The notes below the pieces were generated by a model that did no database searches, was not told the DNA's origin, and worked only from the letters and a program-made list of their open reading frames with translations. This document shows, piece by piece, positions 42,201 to 55,536 of a stretch of 64,000 nucleotides of DNA. This stretch comes from Dimorphilus gyrociliatus (taxonomy: Eukaryota > Animalia > Annelida): contig CAJFCJ010000012.1 in assembly GCA_904063045.1 (NCBI GenBank), positions 1,736,001 to 1,800,000 on the forward strand, in the 5' to 3' direction. Numbering within the stretch: position 1 is the stretch's first letter; each line of letters opens with the position of its first letter. Made by a program: the position numbers and the translations under genes.

Positions 42201-42646
42201 AATAAAGATTTCTTGGAATGTTACTATTTGTCGTAAATCAAATTCTGATAAAAGAAATATTATTAGTATTTCAAGAATTTACACTACATGTCCTATTTTT
42301 TTAAGTTGTCTTAAAACAACATTCTCTCATGCAAAATCTCTTAAACTTTTCGCCTACAAACATACTAGAAATTCTTTATCTTAAAATAAGGGTTTTTTTT
42401 CTAATAAATAACATTTTGTTCGATATACTATCAATAACAACAAAATATCTCATGGTTATATTCGAGATAAGATTACACATGTTGTTCTTACAAGAACAAA
42501 CATATTAATAATTAGTTCGTGTTGTTTAAGTTGTTGTTGACAATAAATAAAGAATTTGCTTACTTTTGCAAGCTAATAAAACTCGATATGTAAGTTTGAG
42601 TAACTAAACAATAGACACTCTATTCTCGTGCAATGTGTTTTTTCAA

Positions 42647-42656
42647 GGCGGGAAAA
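42647..42656 (+). promoter_or_regulatory. E2F-type site GGCGGGAAAA in the bidirectional promoter upstream of RFC3
   Basis: Matches the TTTCCCGC consensus on the minus strand, about 130 bp upstream of the RFC3 ATG. Replication genes are typical E2F targets. Confidence 0.5.
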
Positions 42657-42779
42657 ATGCCGGAAGAGTACGCAATACCCGTTTATTTTCAAACTTTGAA
42701 TATATTTTCCCTAATTTCTAGGCGGGCGAACAGTCGAATCGGTTAAACGACTAGCCACGATAGTAGAACAACAATCAAA

Positions 42780-44155
42780 ATGTCACTATGGGTAGATAAA
42801 TATAGACCTCGAAGCTTAGGAAAATTAGATTACCATGAGGAACAAGCAAATATGCTGAAGAAGCTGGTAAGAATGAGCGATAATGCAATTTAATACCTTA
42901 CTTAAATTCATCACAATTAACAAGGTGCAATCAGGAGACTTTCCCCATATGCTGGTTTATGGGCCCAATGGAGCAGGCAAGAGGACAAGAATTATGGCGG
43001 TATTACGAGAGCTCTATGGACATGGTGTCGAAAAATTGCGTCACGAGCACCAAACTTTTACTACACCATCAAAGAAAAAATTGGAAATTTCCACAATCGC
43101 AAGCAATTATCACATCGAAGTAAATCCCAGTGATGCGGGAATATACGATAGAGTTGTTATCCAAGATCTTATTAAAACCGTTGCCCAAACTAACCAACTG
43201 GAATCCTCATCTCAACGGGAGTTTAAAAGTAAAGCTTAATTTAAACGTATATTTACACTTCGTTTTTAACGTTACTATAAATCACTCAGTTGTTCTAATA
43301 ATGGAGGCTGATCGCTTAACCAAGGATGCTCAGCATGCTTTAAGAAGAACTATGGAAAAGTATATGTCCACATGTAGAATAATTTTATGTGCAAATACGA
43401 CAAGTAAAGTAATTGGAGCAATACGCAGTCGTTGTTTAGCGGTTAGGGTTTCATCCCCCACAATTGAGCAGGTTAGGCCTAACTACTTAATCTCTCAATT
43501 TCAAGGAGTTGCAAATAACCTTAATAATAAATACACAGATCATGATTATTCTCACGTTCGTTTGCAAGAAGGAAGGCTTAAGTCTACCAAATGAATTAGC
43601 AAAGAGAATAGCAGAGTATAGTCAAGGAAATTTAAGAAAAGCTTTACTAGCATGTGAGGCTTGTAGAGTTCAACAGTTCGTTTTTTTTTAACACTAAATA
43701 AATAGTATTGATGACATGTTACGCGCTTGAAACAAAAATAGATATCCCTTTTCCGACGATCAAGAAATACCAAAAGCTGACTGGGAAGTATATTTAAAGG
43801 AAACAAGTAGTTTGATTGTTGAAGAACAGAGTCCGAACAGGTTTTTACGCATGTTCATTGTACTATCTCCAATTTAATAATACATTCTATTATTAGACTT
43901 CTGCAAATTCGAGAAAGATTATACGAACTGTTGGTGCATTGTATTCCCCCAGAAATGATTATGAAAAAATTATTACAAGAATTAATGATGAACTGTGATG
44001 GAACGTTAAAAACGGGGGTTATACAAGCTGCTGCAAGATTTGAACATCGTATGCAAAAGGGACAGAAACCAATTTACCACTTGGAAGCTTTTGTCGCCTA
44101 TTTTATGGCAATGTATAAGAAATTTTTAGAAGATGGTATGACGGCCGATTGGTAA
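42780..44155 (+). CDS. RFC3: Replication factor C subunit 3
   Basis: [78 protein letters not shown] and HLEAFVA. Confidence 0.97.
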
Positions 44156-44285
44156 ATAAAATTAACGATGATTGTAGCGTAAATTGCATTTTAGCGCCAT
44201 ATGGCGATTTGTACTGTGTTGGTACATATATAAATAATACAAGAACGCTGTACATTTTTTTAAAACGCTTAATACTGTACATAGG

Positions 44286-47200
44286 CTAGCAGTTCTCCAA
44301 AGCAACTTGCTGCGATTCGGATAATTCGATTTCGTCGTTTAATTGCTGTTTATGAACGGATAGTAATATTCTTTCATGAATGCACTGTTCGAACTTTTCC
44401 ACAGTATCCTCAGAGTAATGGGCACCTAGAACTTGTTTTACTCTCTGTAATCCTTTAGTTCTTAAATCTTCTGCTAAGATAGTAACCTCATCCATTTTCT
44501 CTGCTGCTGCATCGCGTCGTTTCTTTTCACCAGAATCCTCTATTGCTGCGGCTTCGGCTGCGGATAGCTTCTTCGACAACATTGTGGCGACATTTATTAC
44601 TCTATCAACACTCTGAAGATGCGATTTAGCTCTAGTTGAACAGATCAGATTTTCTTCGAATTCTCTTATTAAGTTGTCAGTTGCGCTTTTGTTGAGTATA
44701 ATAGCATCTTCGATATCTTTAATTTGACGTTCTAACGACGATATCTTCCTAACCACAACTTCGACGACATGGGAGCAAAGTGATTGTATGGACTCTGTAG
44801 AGTTAAGGAAAGACATGGCCGCTGGCGAGTTGATGGTTAATTTTCTTCGATCTTTGATGCTTTGTGATAGTTCTGGCGATACAATAGATGCTAGAACATC
44901 TCCTGCCAAAGATTTGGATATTTCTAAACTCTTTGAGAGAACATTTAATCCATCACGCTCGGCTCGTTTAATAACAGCGGCTATGTGCTGCTCACATTCA
45001 ACTTCCTCCTTAGATCTCTGACGAAGTTTTAGATCTTTTTTAATGACCTTTGGATTCGAATCGGTTGTATCTTTTAAGTTAACTTCCGTTTCTCCGTTTT
45101 CTTTAGGCTTAGATTGCCATGGATGAACAATCTGTCTCGATTTCTCCTCTATATGTGGCATCTCTATCTCACTTCGTGAATTTCTTCTGTCGGGTAAAAC
45201 TGGTTGAACGGATGACTTGAATGTAAAAGATCCAGCATTTTGTTTCCTCTGCGGAGGTTTTGATTCGTCCATAACAAGGTTTGAACTTTGACTGTTAATT
45301 AGAACAATGGTGAAACAATACTCAAACAATATAAAAAATTAACTAGGCTAATTACCTGTTTGCACAATGTTCCGGAGAATCAAACGATAATTTTCTCACT
45401 GTTAATTCGTTATCTTGTCGTGAAGGCGATGAAGGTAACTCATCCATGGGTGGTGGTAGAGGGGGTGGCTCTGACGTTTCCGGTGACGTATCAGTTACTG
45501 AACTATTAGGTGGAATTGTGGACGGTGTTGTTGTCGCTATGGATTCTGGAGAAGATTCCTTAGTGGCGGCCAAATTCATGCAATTTTGAAAATAATTCTC
45601 CTTTCTCAGGGGTTGGGGAGCAGAGCTATTTGATTGAGTAACTGTAGCTATGTTGGTAATTGAAGAAACATTAGTAGATTGAGGAATAGAAATAGAAGGA
45701 TTATTATGTGCTTGAGCCGGTTTTTTCGAGGTAATTACACAATATTTTGCACTCCTTCTTAATTGGGCACTATAATCATGTAGACTGTCATCCTGTTCAT
45801 CGTCTAGAAAGGTGTTTAATAGTTTCGAGTCCAACTCAGATATTTCAGGTCGAATATTCGTTGTAGATAGGCCAAATGGTTTTTCAATCAAATATGGTGC
45901 ACGGGAAGCGGCCATCTGCTTAGGTATTTCATTTTGGATTTTCGAGGTCGATTTTTCGATGTAAGGATTTTCGTAATTCCTATAATTTCGAGGAGGAATG
46001 GGCGGAATTTTTTCTTCATCTGCGCTTGAATTAACTTGTTCGCTATTTTTTTGTAGAAGCATCGAGCTATCATGAATAATAAAAACGAGACGTTAGATAA
46101 ACGATGATATTCGCTGTTAACAGTGTCGGTTATAATAAAAAAAAAGAAATAAAAAGCTTGCTCTTGAATATTAATCAATATAGTATTAAAAGTTCTTACT
46201 CGCCCGTAGCCTTGACGAACACGTTAATTGTACTCCTATATTTTGAACGCTTATCCATCAGTATTTCAGGCCTATCGGCCTTTTTCGATTCTCGGTACAA
46301 ATCAAAAATAAACATACAAACAAATTACAGCCAGAGCGAGAAAAATCTGGTAGCGGCCTCATTCGCTTTGAAAGACTTGGAACAAGTTAGCCATCTAAAC
46401 TACGCACAAGATTTTTACCTAAACCTATAGTCTTTTGTACTTTAAAAAAAAAAATCAACAGATAACGTTACATTCTTTAAACGTGATTCAATCTATCAAT
46501 TTAAACATAAAAGCTAGCGATAAAATCGGCCGACTTCTATTTAATTAAACGAGTAAAGGATACTACGAGAGCGACATCTATCTCTTTAACGTAAGATAAT
46601 TAGCCAAATTTAAATGTTGTTTGAATAACAAACCTGACTGCAGGATTCATGTTTAGACAAGATGGCGGTTGGGAAGGTTGCAGGTTACCCGGTACAGACT
46701 GTAAAATGTAACAAAATGAATGATTTCAGGATAAGGCATGTTCAAGCCATAAAGTTATTCACCTGTGAAGGCCTAATAGACTGTTCCTGCTCGTAATCTG
46801 CTTCCGGAACGTGGGGGGATATGGCGTTCGTTGAAGAAGAAGAAAATGACTTATCCAATGGAGAGGATGGTAGGTGAGTTTCTAAATAGGGAAGTTGTTT
46901 TCCATTATCCGAAGGTGTTGAATCTTCGAAATTTTTGGACGATCTAGAAGATCGTTTGGAAGAAGAAGACGAAAGACGTTTTTGCCGTGTTTCCACAGTT
47001 AGTGGATGTTGAACAACTGGATCAGACTTTGAAAATTCGTGATTATTTGATGACGATTTTCGAGCTGCACCAGGATCGCTTCTTTTATGATGTTTTGGCG
47101 CTCTGAGTCTCTGTTCTCCGTCTCTTTTCATTTTTTCTCTTTCCATAATCTCTTCATGATCTCTTCTGGCCGCTTCAAATCTCTGTTCTCTTGTCAATTT

Positions 47201-50045
47201 CGTTTCTGACGTAGATCTGGTTACAGTAGCCTTAACTTGCGAATCGGGTGCTCTGGCTTGATCGACACCCAATGAACGTCTGCTTGACGAGAGCGGTAAT
47301 ACTCGTCTTGTATCTATATCCTCTTGGGTTCCGTAAGCCCTTTTCATGCTTGCTCGCGCTACTGCCTTCCTATTCATATCCGTAATCGACTCGGCATTAA
47401 TATAGTCTGTATAAATGTTCCTTGTCAACTGTCTTAACATGGCCGTTTGATTGGCTTGAGAATTTTCATGTATATTTCGAACATCAGAATGACGCAGACC
47501 TTCTCTGTTTTCTATTTTCTTTCTATTCTCCAACAATACCTCGTCTAATATACTGGAATCCACTTCAGAGTGGGTTTCCAATCTGGGGTGGAACTGCCTC
47601 TGATTTGGACCTACAGGCCAGGATTGTTGACGCTCGTGATTAGTATGATTCAGCGAGTGATTTCGAATTGGTACAGGAGGGGGTTCAAGATCCTCTAATC
47701 TCAAATCGGGACTAGATCTAGCTAAATCCTCCCTTTTCTTGGGCTGATCAAATTGAACTGGTCTATATGATCGTTGGCTATTCCATAAAGCCGAAGAGGA
47801 TGTGTACGACTGATTAGCATAATGCTCCATTCGTCGTACGTCCATCATAGATTGCGTACCACTAAAATTTGTCTCAGCCAGCCTATACACGTCTCTTTGA
47901 GCCATTGGTTCAGAAGACATTTGGCTTTTTGTCATGTTTTCATGGGCTATACTAGATCTAGACCTATTGTTAGCTGTGGCAGAGGGGACTGAGACTGCAG
48001 CTTGTGGTTGCCAAGACATTGGCCTTGTACGGGATGGCTTCTGTTTGTGACTGCAAAAAATAATTAATCTCCTGTAATTTTATACTATAATCGATAAGGA
48101 ATTAGATTTCAAACAACTAGTAAGCAAATAAATAAAAGAGTCTTCGAATCAAAAGAATATCCGATTATAATTGCTTTATTGATTCATGCCTGATCATTCC
48201 ACTCCGACACGACATTGTTGGCATTCCTTTCTCGTATTATAATTGGTATTTTCAAATAAACTAGTGTTTATCATTTTCCCAACATATACTTTAAGCCATA
48301 CATTCTGATCAATAGTTCCTATACGTTTATTATTTTACAATGTATACATCCTACATTCCGTTCAATAAACCGTTTGTATACGTAGATCCATATAATTAAA
48401 TCGAGTTTTATGCGAAATTTGACTATTTTTGCATTTCGTTCAAAGGAACTTTTATAAATTATAATAATAAAGCGAATTAAATGCAAAATTCTTACCTAAA
48501 ACTCTCAACTCGTCGTTGTACTTTGTTATAGTTCTTTGTCGGGGATATAGAAGAAAGAACCGAGTCATCTTTCGTGCATTTTCCCGTCTCCTCGTTTGAG
48601 CCGTTATCCGTTGGTGATGAATTACTTCTGTAAAAGTGACGATCGATGATTATATTTTGGCCGATTACTTAGAAAACAACGTTTTTTCGTTTTTACTGTG
48701 TACTGTATGTCTTTTACCTGGCACACGTGAGTCGGCGCTAGTTTCAATAGCAATTAACCAATCACCGACGACATTACATTCGAAAATACTATATAAAAGT
48801 ATGCTATTGGTCAACAACAATGTCAGCCTAAGCGGCATCTGTCGGATTCAGCTGACGGTTATATAGAACCTATAGGCCTAAAGCAAGCCGGAACGGATCA
48901 ATCGTTAGATCGGTTTTTACACGCGCACTAGTCCGTAGATCATTATCTCGATATTATGGATGTAAAAATTGTTAGGTATAACGGCTGGTTAGACTAGTCG
49001 ACAGTTTTTAGCTTCCCCCCTTTTCTTTTTTTAATCGAAATAACAATAACCTGAAAGCAAATATACGCCCCAATCGGCAATAGCGAAGTAGTAAATTATG
49101 TAATAAAAGTACTTTGTGCATAAAACTATTCAATGCGATAGGACAAGATTAGACAGCTTAGAGAATAGCTTTCGCTTATGTACAGCTTTAAATAGTGTGA
49201 GTATCAAATTCCAAACTGTATTCTAAATAAACGAAGCGTTAAATGGTTTCAATTATATGTCGCTTCTCTCGTCTCTCACTCTAATTCGTCCTTTCATACT
49301 ATCCTTCTATCGTAAAATATTTTGCCCCGCGTCATACCCTGAATACCCATAAAGTTTGTTGGTTTAACTGAGAAAAAAAACACACATAGACACACATACA
49401 CACATAAAATCCCTACTCGTTAGACTTAGGAGATGAAATAAAAATGTTGAATAAACAGAACAGTTCAAAAGGTTTAGCGTGTTAATGCAATAACAAGGCA
49501 ACCTTTGTAAAACGTCGTTGAAATTGCTTTCAGCTTTTAAGTGGACCGGTAATAATTTCCTTTTTATACAATATTTTTTTCAGTGACTCTCTATTAAATC
49601 AAATAAGCCGACGAATGTCTTTCTTTCTCTCTCTCTCTCTCTCTTTGTTTGTAGAAAAAAGAAAACTTGAACATTCAATTCATAACCGTCTAGCGTTAAG
49701 ATAGTGTATTTTTTATAATATTTTCAACTAATATCAAATTGAAAAGTTTGTTTACTTGTACTATATAAAATCATCTCTGCGGGAGAGATTTGAATCCCTC
49801 TACCTCATCGGAATGATCGTAAACATACTATATATCTATTAAATATATATTTATTCGAATTATACGTATTATTCTTTTCTACTATGTAGAAGGAGAGAGA
49901 GCAAATATTGAATTAAATAAGTTTTAAATTTACCTTTCTTAAGAAATAAGAGAGAAACTTACACTGTAAAATAAACGCATGACACGTAGGTCTTATCTGG
50001 TCTCTCAAAGACCCCTAATGAATTTTCGTTGATAACACCAAGCAT
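44286..50045 (-). CDS. SHROOM: Shroom family protein (ASD2/SD2 ROCK-binding domain at the C-terminus)
   Basis: C-terminal helical domain with the ASD2 pattern (VRKISSLERQ...VDRVINVATMLSKKLSAAE...HKQQLNDEIELSESQQVAL) and RPMSW resembling Shroom RPHSW. The exon chain is phase-consistent up to a putative first exon at 50045-49963. The 5' end is uncertain. Confidence 0.75.
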
Positions 50046-50254
50046 GGTTAAGAGTAGTCCATTGAGTCATAAGTTTTTAACGCTAATATGCTTGTTTTGC
50101 TTTCTGGATTTTTGTTTTCTTGTCCAGTAATAAATAGATACAATGTCTTTTTTTTGTTTTATAAAATAATTCAAATTTCTTGTGAGAAATCACATTTGTA
50201 ACGGAAATTCTATCAATATTGGTGAGAAAATGAGAAAACACTGAATAGTAAGGC

Positions 50255-50790
50255 TAAATATGAGGAGTTGGATGAGGAGGAGGAGGCGGTGGTGGTAGTG
50301 ATTGTGGAGGAGGAGGAGGAAGGAAGGAAGGAAGGAAGAGAGAGTTAAAAGTTTTGTAATATTCCTAAGAAAAAAAGTGAGTCATTCCTAGTCACTGACG
50401 CGATTGAATCTGGCGGGTAGTGGGGGAGTCACTCTCATTTTATATGCCAATGCGTGGGCAACCAATCACGAAAGTTTTAGGCCTAAATTTCCTAAAAAAA
50501 AGAAGGTATTTTGGAAGAATAACATAAAGGTGGACTGAGTGAGTGGATAAGGATAAAAAAAGTGGAGAAGAAAGAAGGAAAGAGAGAAAGGGAAAGAGAC
50601 GAGAGACGGGTGAAAGGAGAAGAAAGGGAAATAAATGAAAGAAAAAGAAGAAGAGAGGGTGGGGGAATAGGGCAGAAGGTAGGCATTGAACAAGGGAGGG
50701 AAGGAAAGATTAAAATCTTGTTATAAGGTAACTGAATAGGAGAAAAAAGAGGGAAAAGAAAAGAAGAATAAAGTTTAAACGTAAGAAAAA
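50255..50790. repeat. Purine-rich low-complexity tracts (GGA/GGAA/GA-rich) flanking the putative SHROOM promoter
   Basis: Direct reading: (GGA)n and (GGAA)n at about 50270-50345 and a long A/G-rich stretch at about 50545-50770. Confidence 0.75.
50378..50470 (-). promoter_or_regulatory. Putative core promoter for SHROOM: CCAAT boxes, TATAAAA (50444-50438), Inr-like CCAGATT and AP-1 site TGAGTCA
   Basis: Motif order and spacing on the minus strand (TATA about 33 bp upstream of the Inr), roughly 360 bp above the first coding exon. Confidence 0.45.
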
Positions 50791-51696
50791 AATGTTGTTG
50801 ATTATATGGTATTTGTATATATTTGACAAATATCACATACGAAAGAGTATGGTATTTATTCTCCAACCGTTCCTCCTAGTTCGTAGCTCATAAAAAAGCT
50901 ACTTTAAGAAAGGTAAAGTGTAAATAAATAACACGTAAAGAGAGAAGTAAAAAAAAGGAGGAAATTCATTGAAAAGAAGAAAAAAAAGTAAATGAAAAAA
51001 GGTTAAATAAATCCAGGGAGAAGCGGTAAATATCAAAAAGCCTCATCTTGTCAAATATCATCGATAAAAGGTATAAATTTTTCTACTCGAGATGTCTACA
51101 AGTTGACTGAGTGTTTACTTAAATAATAAAATAAATCGCTAACAAATTCCCTCTTTAATCCTTCGTAAACACATCAAACGGATTTTTCTATTGTGGATTT
51201 GAATTCTCTATAGAAATTCTTGGTCCATATATAAGAACAATATATATAGATATAAATAAATATTAAAGTGTTAATATTTCTTACAATTCTTATTTAGCAT
51301 AAATTAAATACAATGAACCCTAAGGTGGTAAATGGTATAGTATTTGGTCATTGACCACATTTGGTCATAAACAAGTTCATAAAAAGTGGTTTATAAGTGA
51401 CGGTAATTATATCAATTGGCCATTCAGCGTTTTGTTAGACATCTAAGTTATATTGCGCGATAGTTGAATAACTTTATTGAATTTAGAAAGGCGAAATAGT
51501 TTGATATCGAACGCTACAGTATCAAGGTCAATTGCCTTGCAAACACTCTCAACAAGATATGCTCTTCTAAATATATACATATTTCTATATAAATATATAC
51601 AAATAACATCTGATAGTTGTCACATTTATACAATTCACTGTCTAATTGTTTAATAAGCGTTCTTGACCTATCCCTCAACTTTTTTGATTGACCTTA

Positions 51697-51721
51697 TGAC
51701 GTCAGATGGGCTATGACGTCA
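51697..51721. promoter_or_regulatory. Two tandem full CRE palindromes (TGACGTCA-N9-TGACGTCA)
   Basis: Direct reading, in gene-poor sequence upstream of SHROOM. Confidence 0.5.
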
Positions 51722-52356
51722 CCTGGGCGCGCCTCGCTCAAGTAAATATTTGATATGGTAAAACACGAAAATTATTTAGCTTCCCTCAGGGGTACGACGC
51801 GATTAGAAAGTGAACGACCTAAAATATATCGAATTAAGCTATCGGGGATCTTTAAGTCGGGTGGTAATTAACTTTTCTTTCGTCTGTTTGAAGTTAAGTA
51901 GAAGGCGGACTAGGGCTTTATTCTCTGCTCAGTTAAAAAAATAAGGTTTAAAAGATTTAGATTTATAGGCTCAATGGCATTTTCTTTTTATCGGTCGACT
52001 TTATTTACATATTTCCGAAAAGACGAGGTTGGTAGGTTGTTGGAAAATCAATAAAGAAATAGAAAAAAGAAAACAGGCATATTTATACACTTTTTCTAAC
52101 CGCTAAAATTGTCAACTCTATGTCTAGACTTACAAAATATTTACTATCTTCATTTATTTAATCCGGCCTTTATTCACCATGCAAATCACATAAAAACATA
52201 TTTGACCTGTTGCCTTAATCTTTTCATCCTAATTAACTAGTTATGAAGTTCTTTTTTGTTATAAAGAATACAATAGAAAAACATGTTACAAGTATATATA
52301 CTGTATATATAGATATAGGGTGCACATATTCACAAATTCATAAATGCAGTATTATA

Positions 52357-52359
<3 letters not shown>

Positions 52360-52393
<34 letters not shown>

Positions 52394-52399
52394 GTATTT

Positions 52400-52440
<41 letters not shown>
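52360..52440. repeat. Compound (TA)n and (GA)n microsatellite
   Basis: Direct reading of the sequence. Confidence 0.9.
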
Positions 52441-52443
<3 letters not shown>

Positions 52444-54306
52444 CTTTATATATTAAAGTATAGACATTTTTGGCAATTCAATTTATATAATAAAGGAATA
52501 AATAATAAAGTGAACTATAGGAATGTAATTTAATAAAATATTCAAAGAGAAAATTGTTCCAAGCGAGCTATACCTTTATCATTTAAAATAGCCTTTTTTT
52601 TAATAATAAAGAAATTTTATGTCTTGTATTGTATATATCTTGTATATCTTTATTATATAACTATGCATATAAACAAGTGTAGATATACTATATATACTGT
52701 ATATATAGTGATATATATATATATTTAGGATATATCTCAATTATTGCGAAAAACACTTTTTTAAAACTTATTTCAAAAGCCTTTGTTAGTGACGGAATGT
52801 TAAAAATGCTTATTAAGTAGGCCTATTATCTCTACTAAAGACGATACTTAGTGTCCCCATTCGGGCGATAGTCGATAGAGAATAGGTCAATAAGAGACAA
52901 ATCTTTGCCTCTACAACCTTAGGAAAAAGAAGGGCACCTTTGATTGAAATGATAAGGGCGCATTTTTTCCCATATTGATTTTATTGACTATTTTTGGAAG
53001 TGTTCCTCTCCCTCCTTTCTTTTTTTAAGACCATCGAATAGTATTACAAAATAGACCGTTATCCTAAAATATTTATTGCACCCTACCCCGAAAAATAATA
53101 AGTTATTGTATTCATTCTATCACGTAAATCTAAATCGATTGACCTGAAATACAGATGGCGTTCTGTTCAATTCATGTTTTTTCTTCTTTTTTATTTTCCT
53201 ATACCCTGTACCTATAGGCTTATAAGGAAAACGGAACGCAATTCTTGAATGAGGCGTTACCCTAACGACCAGCATTAGGATTTTTCCAATACGAACAACA
53301 CTAACAAAGACGAATTCACAATGTTTACACAATTATGCACTCCATTTTCATTTGCAATTGATATAATGATACTATCTGTTTTTAGCCAGTTTATGTAAAC
53401 ATTACATTCTCAGGAGGAGAAGAAAACAATAAGACAGACAGATAGAATGGAGGAGGGATTGAGGAAATGGTACTTACTTCTTTTTCCTCTTGGACTTCTT
53501 GCTTTTCCGTCTAACGAACGAAAACATTGCTGACCAATTATTCCTAAACAACTAAAACAAATATATTTAATCTCAACATCGTTTTTCAAATTTTCTTATC
53601 ATCCCCTGATCGAGAAAATAGATAAATATACATTTTGGCCGAACGATAACGAGCTTTAGGTAGGAAATAAAGCGAGACTGTTCAAGAAAAAATTGACGAT
53701 AAAATTGAAACAGGTGCTGCTGCTTTTTTGCAGTATATTCGATGCTCAGGTGTGGCAGTGCGGTTGGGTTTTTTTTGCAGTGCGCAATCGCAGTTTCTCG
53801 TCTATAGGCGTAATACTCATGAGAAATCTTTTACCTTTAAATTTTTAATAACTGCATGTATAAAGAATAACAAGAAAATTTCTATAAGTAAAAGAATATT
53901 GTTGAATGGCTTGAAAATTATGTATTATATAGGCCACTGACGATGTTTTTAACCGTAAGAATAGAATAACCTACAAAACCCAACCATTTCTTAATATATA
54001 CAGTATATGAGGTATATAATACTATTATTTAAACAAGAATTTTGACAGTATAGCCTCAAGTAGACTGAAATCTCTTTAAAATTGATTTAATTAAAAGTTT
54101 ATGATTTCTGCACAAAAATTTTTGTAACGTATTTATTTTAGCGTATCGATTTCACCCCATGTACAGTCTGTTAACGTGTGCTTTTTGTACAACGTTCGAA
54201 AATGAAGGTATTGATTGATGCGCTTAAGTTGTTCTTTGCATATCTCAATCCCTTCGGAATATTTGAGTAGAAAAACGAGTGTAAACATTTAAGAACAAAA
54301 AGTTTC

Positions 54307-55536
54307 TTAAGCATTTGACATAGCTGGAGCTGGAGATCCAGCGTTATTTGTCGACGATCTGTTGAACATGGCGTTGCTTTCGTAACTGACGAGACCACCG
54401 TTTTGGTAATTGCCGCCTAAGCCGTACAAGTGATTGAGATATTTTTCTTCGTCTATCATGTTTTCGAAAAACATTTCTCTCATTTTAAAAAATACTTGTC
54501 CAGTGAGGAGGCTGTCCGATCCAGCCTGATGTTGTTGACCTATTCGCACTATTTCCAAGCCATCGGCTACTTCTTGTAAACCTCCTTTCAATTGTTTACA
54601 GCTTTTCATTAAATATTTTACATCGTAAATTTTTGGAAAATATATATGAAGATATTCGTGAAAATTCGCCTCTTGGTCTGGTAGGTTTCTTGTTGTTAAT
54701 AGGTGAAGTAGATATGAAAAATCATAAGAACTATGTGCGGAAGACGTGAAAAAAAAAGAAATGTAAAAATTTGGCATATTCTATAAAGAAAGTCATATAT
54801 ACATGTATAGTAGTATATCATAATTAGTGAATTACCTGTGGAAACTAAGCCAATAAATGTTTTTCATTAAAATCAATCCAGATCCTATAAGCATTTCAGC
54901 AAAATCAAAAGGATCTATGCCATCCGTGCTATGTTTTTGAAATTGAATGCCTGAATTTTGGAGAAGTTCGATGGAATCTGGTGCGAACATGTCATCATTT
55001 AAATTGAACTGAAAATTAAACTGAAAGGTTGAAGTAGGTGATGGTGTTTGGCCATTTTCATCCATCAGGGTTAGACCAATCTAGAGGTTAACAGATATTT
55101 GTTTTATATATCAGTTGGATAAAGTTTTAAAAGTTCAACATACTTGGATAACTTTCAAAACGTCTACGTTACATTTCATACACTGATACTGAAAATCATT
55201 TGTACTCTTGAATTCACCAACAGGTCGACAACAAACACCAGGAAATTCGGTATCCTTGTTAAAAATAAGCAAGAATTAGGTTTCATAAAAAAAATTAACT
55301 TATCGTTTTAAGCTAACCATTGCTATATAATTATACTGATTGATTAGTTTTCGTATACTCTTGAAGGCGTCTTCCAAATCATTCCTCCAAACGTCTATGA
55401 TTTTCTCATCGGCATGTTTCATCAAGAGACGTTGAGTTTGGGGACCACTTAATGAATGGCTGGCGACCGTGGGCATATGATGCATCATAGGTATACCACT
55501 ATCACCCAGATTCGCCAATGGATTCATTTGCATCAT
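54307..55536 (-). CDS. CNOT7: CCR4-NOT deadenylase subunit CAF1/POP2 (CNOT7/8 co-ortholog)
   Basis: YIAM|DTEFPGVVC, IQ|IGLTLMDENG, FQFNFQFNL, WLSFHS|SYDF, YDVKYLM and HQAGSDSLLTG. The DEDD residues are intact. Confidence 0.96.

Noticed and set aside
46555-46563. U12-type donor GTATCCTTT on the minus strand within a SHROOM intron, which would define a 14-nt microexon
   Set aside because: A conventional 65-nt exon (SVPGNLQP…) already supplies the needed phase 0-to-2 transition, and no U12 branch point is visible near the acceptor
49778-49812. tRNA T-arm-like fragment (GAGGGATTCAAATCTCTC, minus strand)
   Set aside because: No D-arm, anticodon arm or acceptor stem could be folded, and the T-stem needs an indel; at most a degenerate remnant
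50466-50866. Hydrophobic F/L/S-rich ORFs on the minus strand
   Set aside because: Translation artefacts of a polypyrimidine low-complexity tract
53120-53332. Candidate upstream SHROOM (PDZ) exon
   Set aside because: No PDZ motif in any frame, no ATG start and no convincing phase-compatible splice sites
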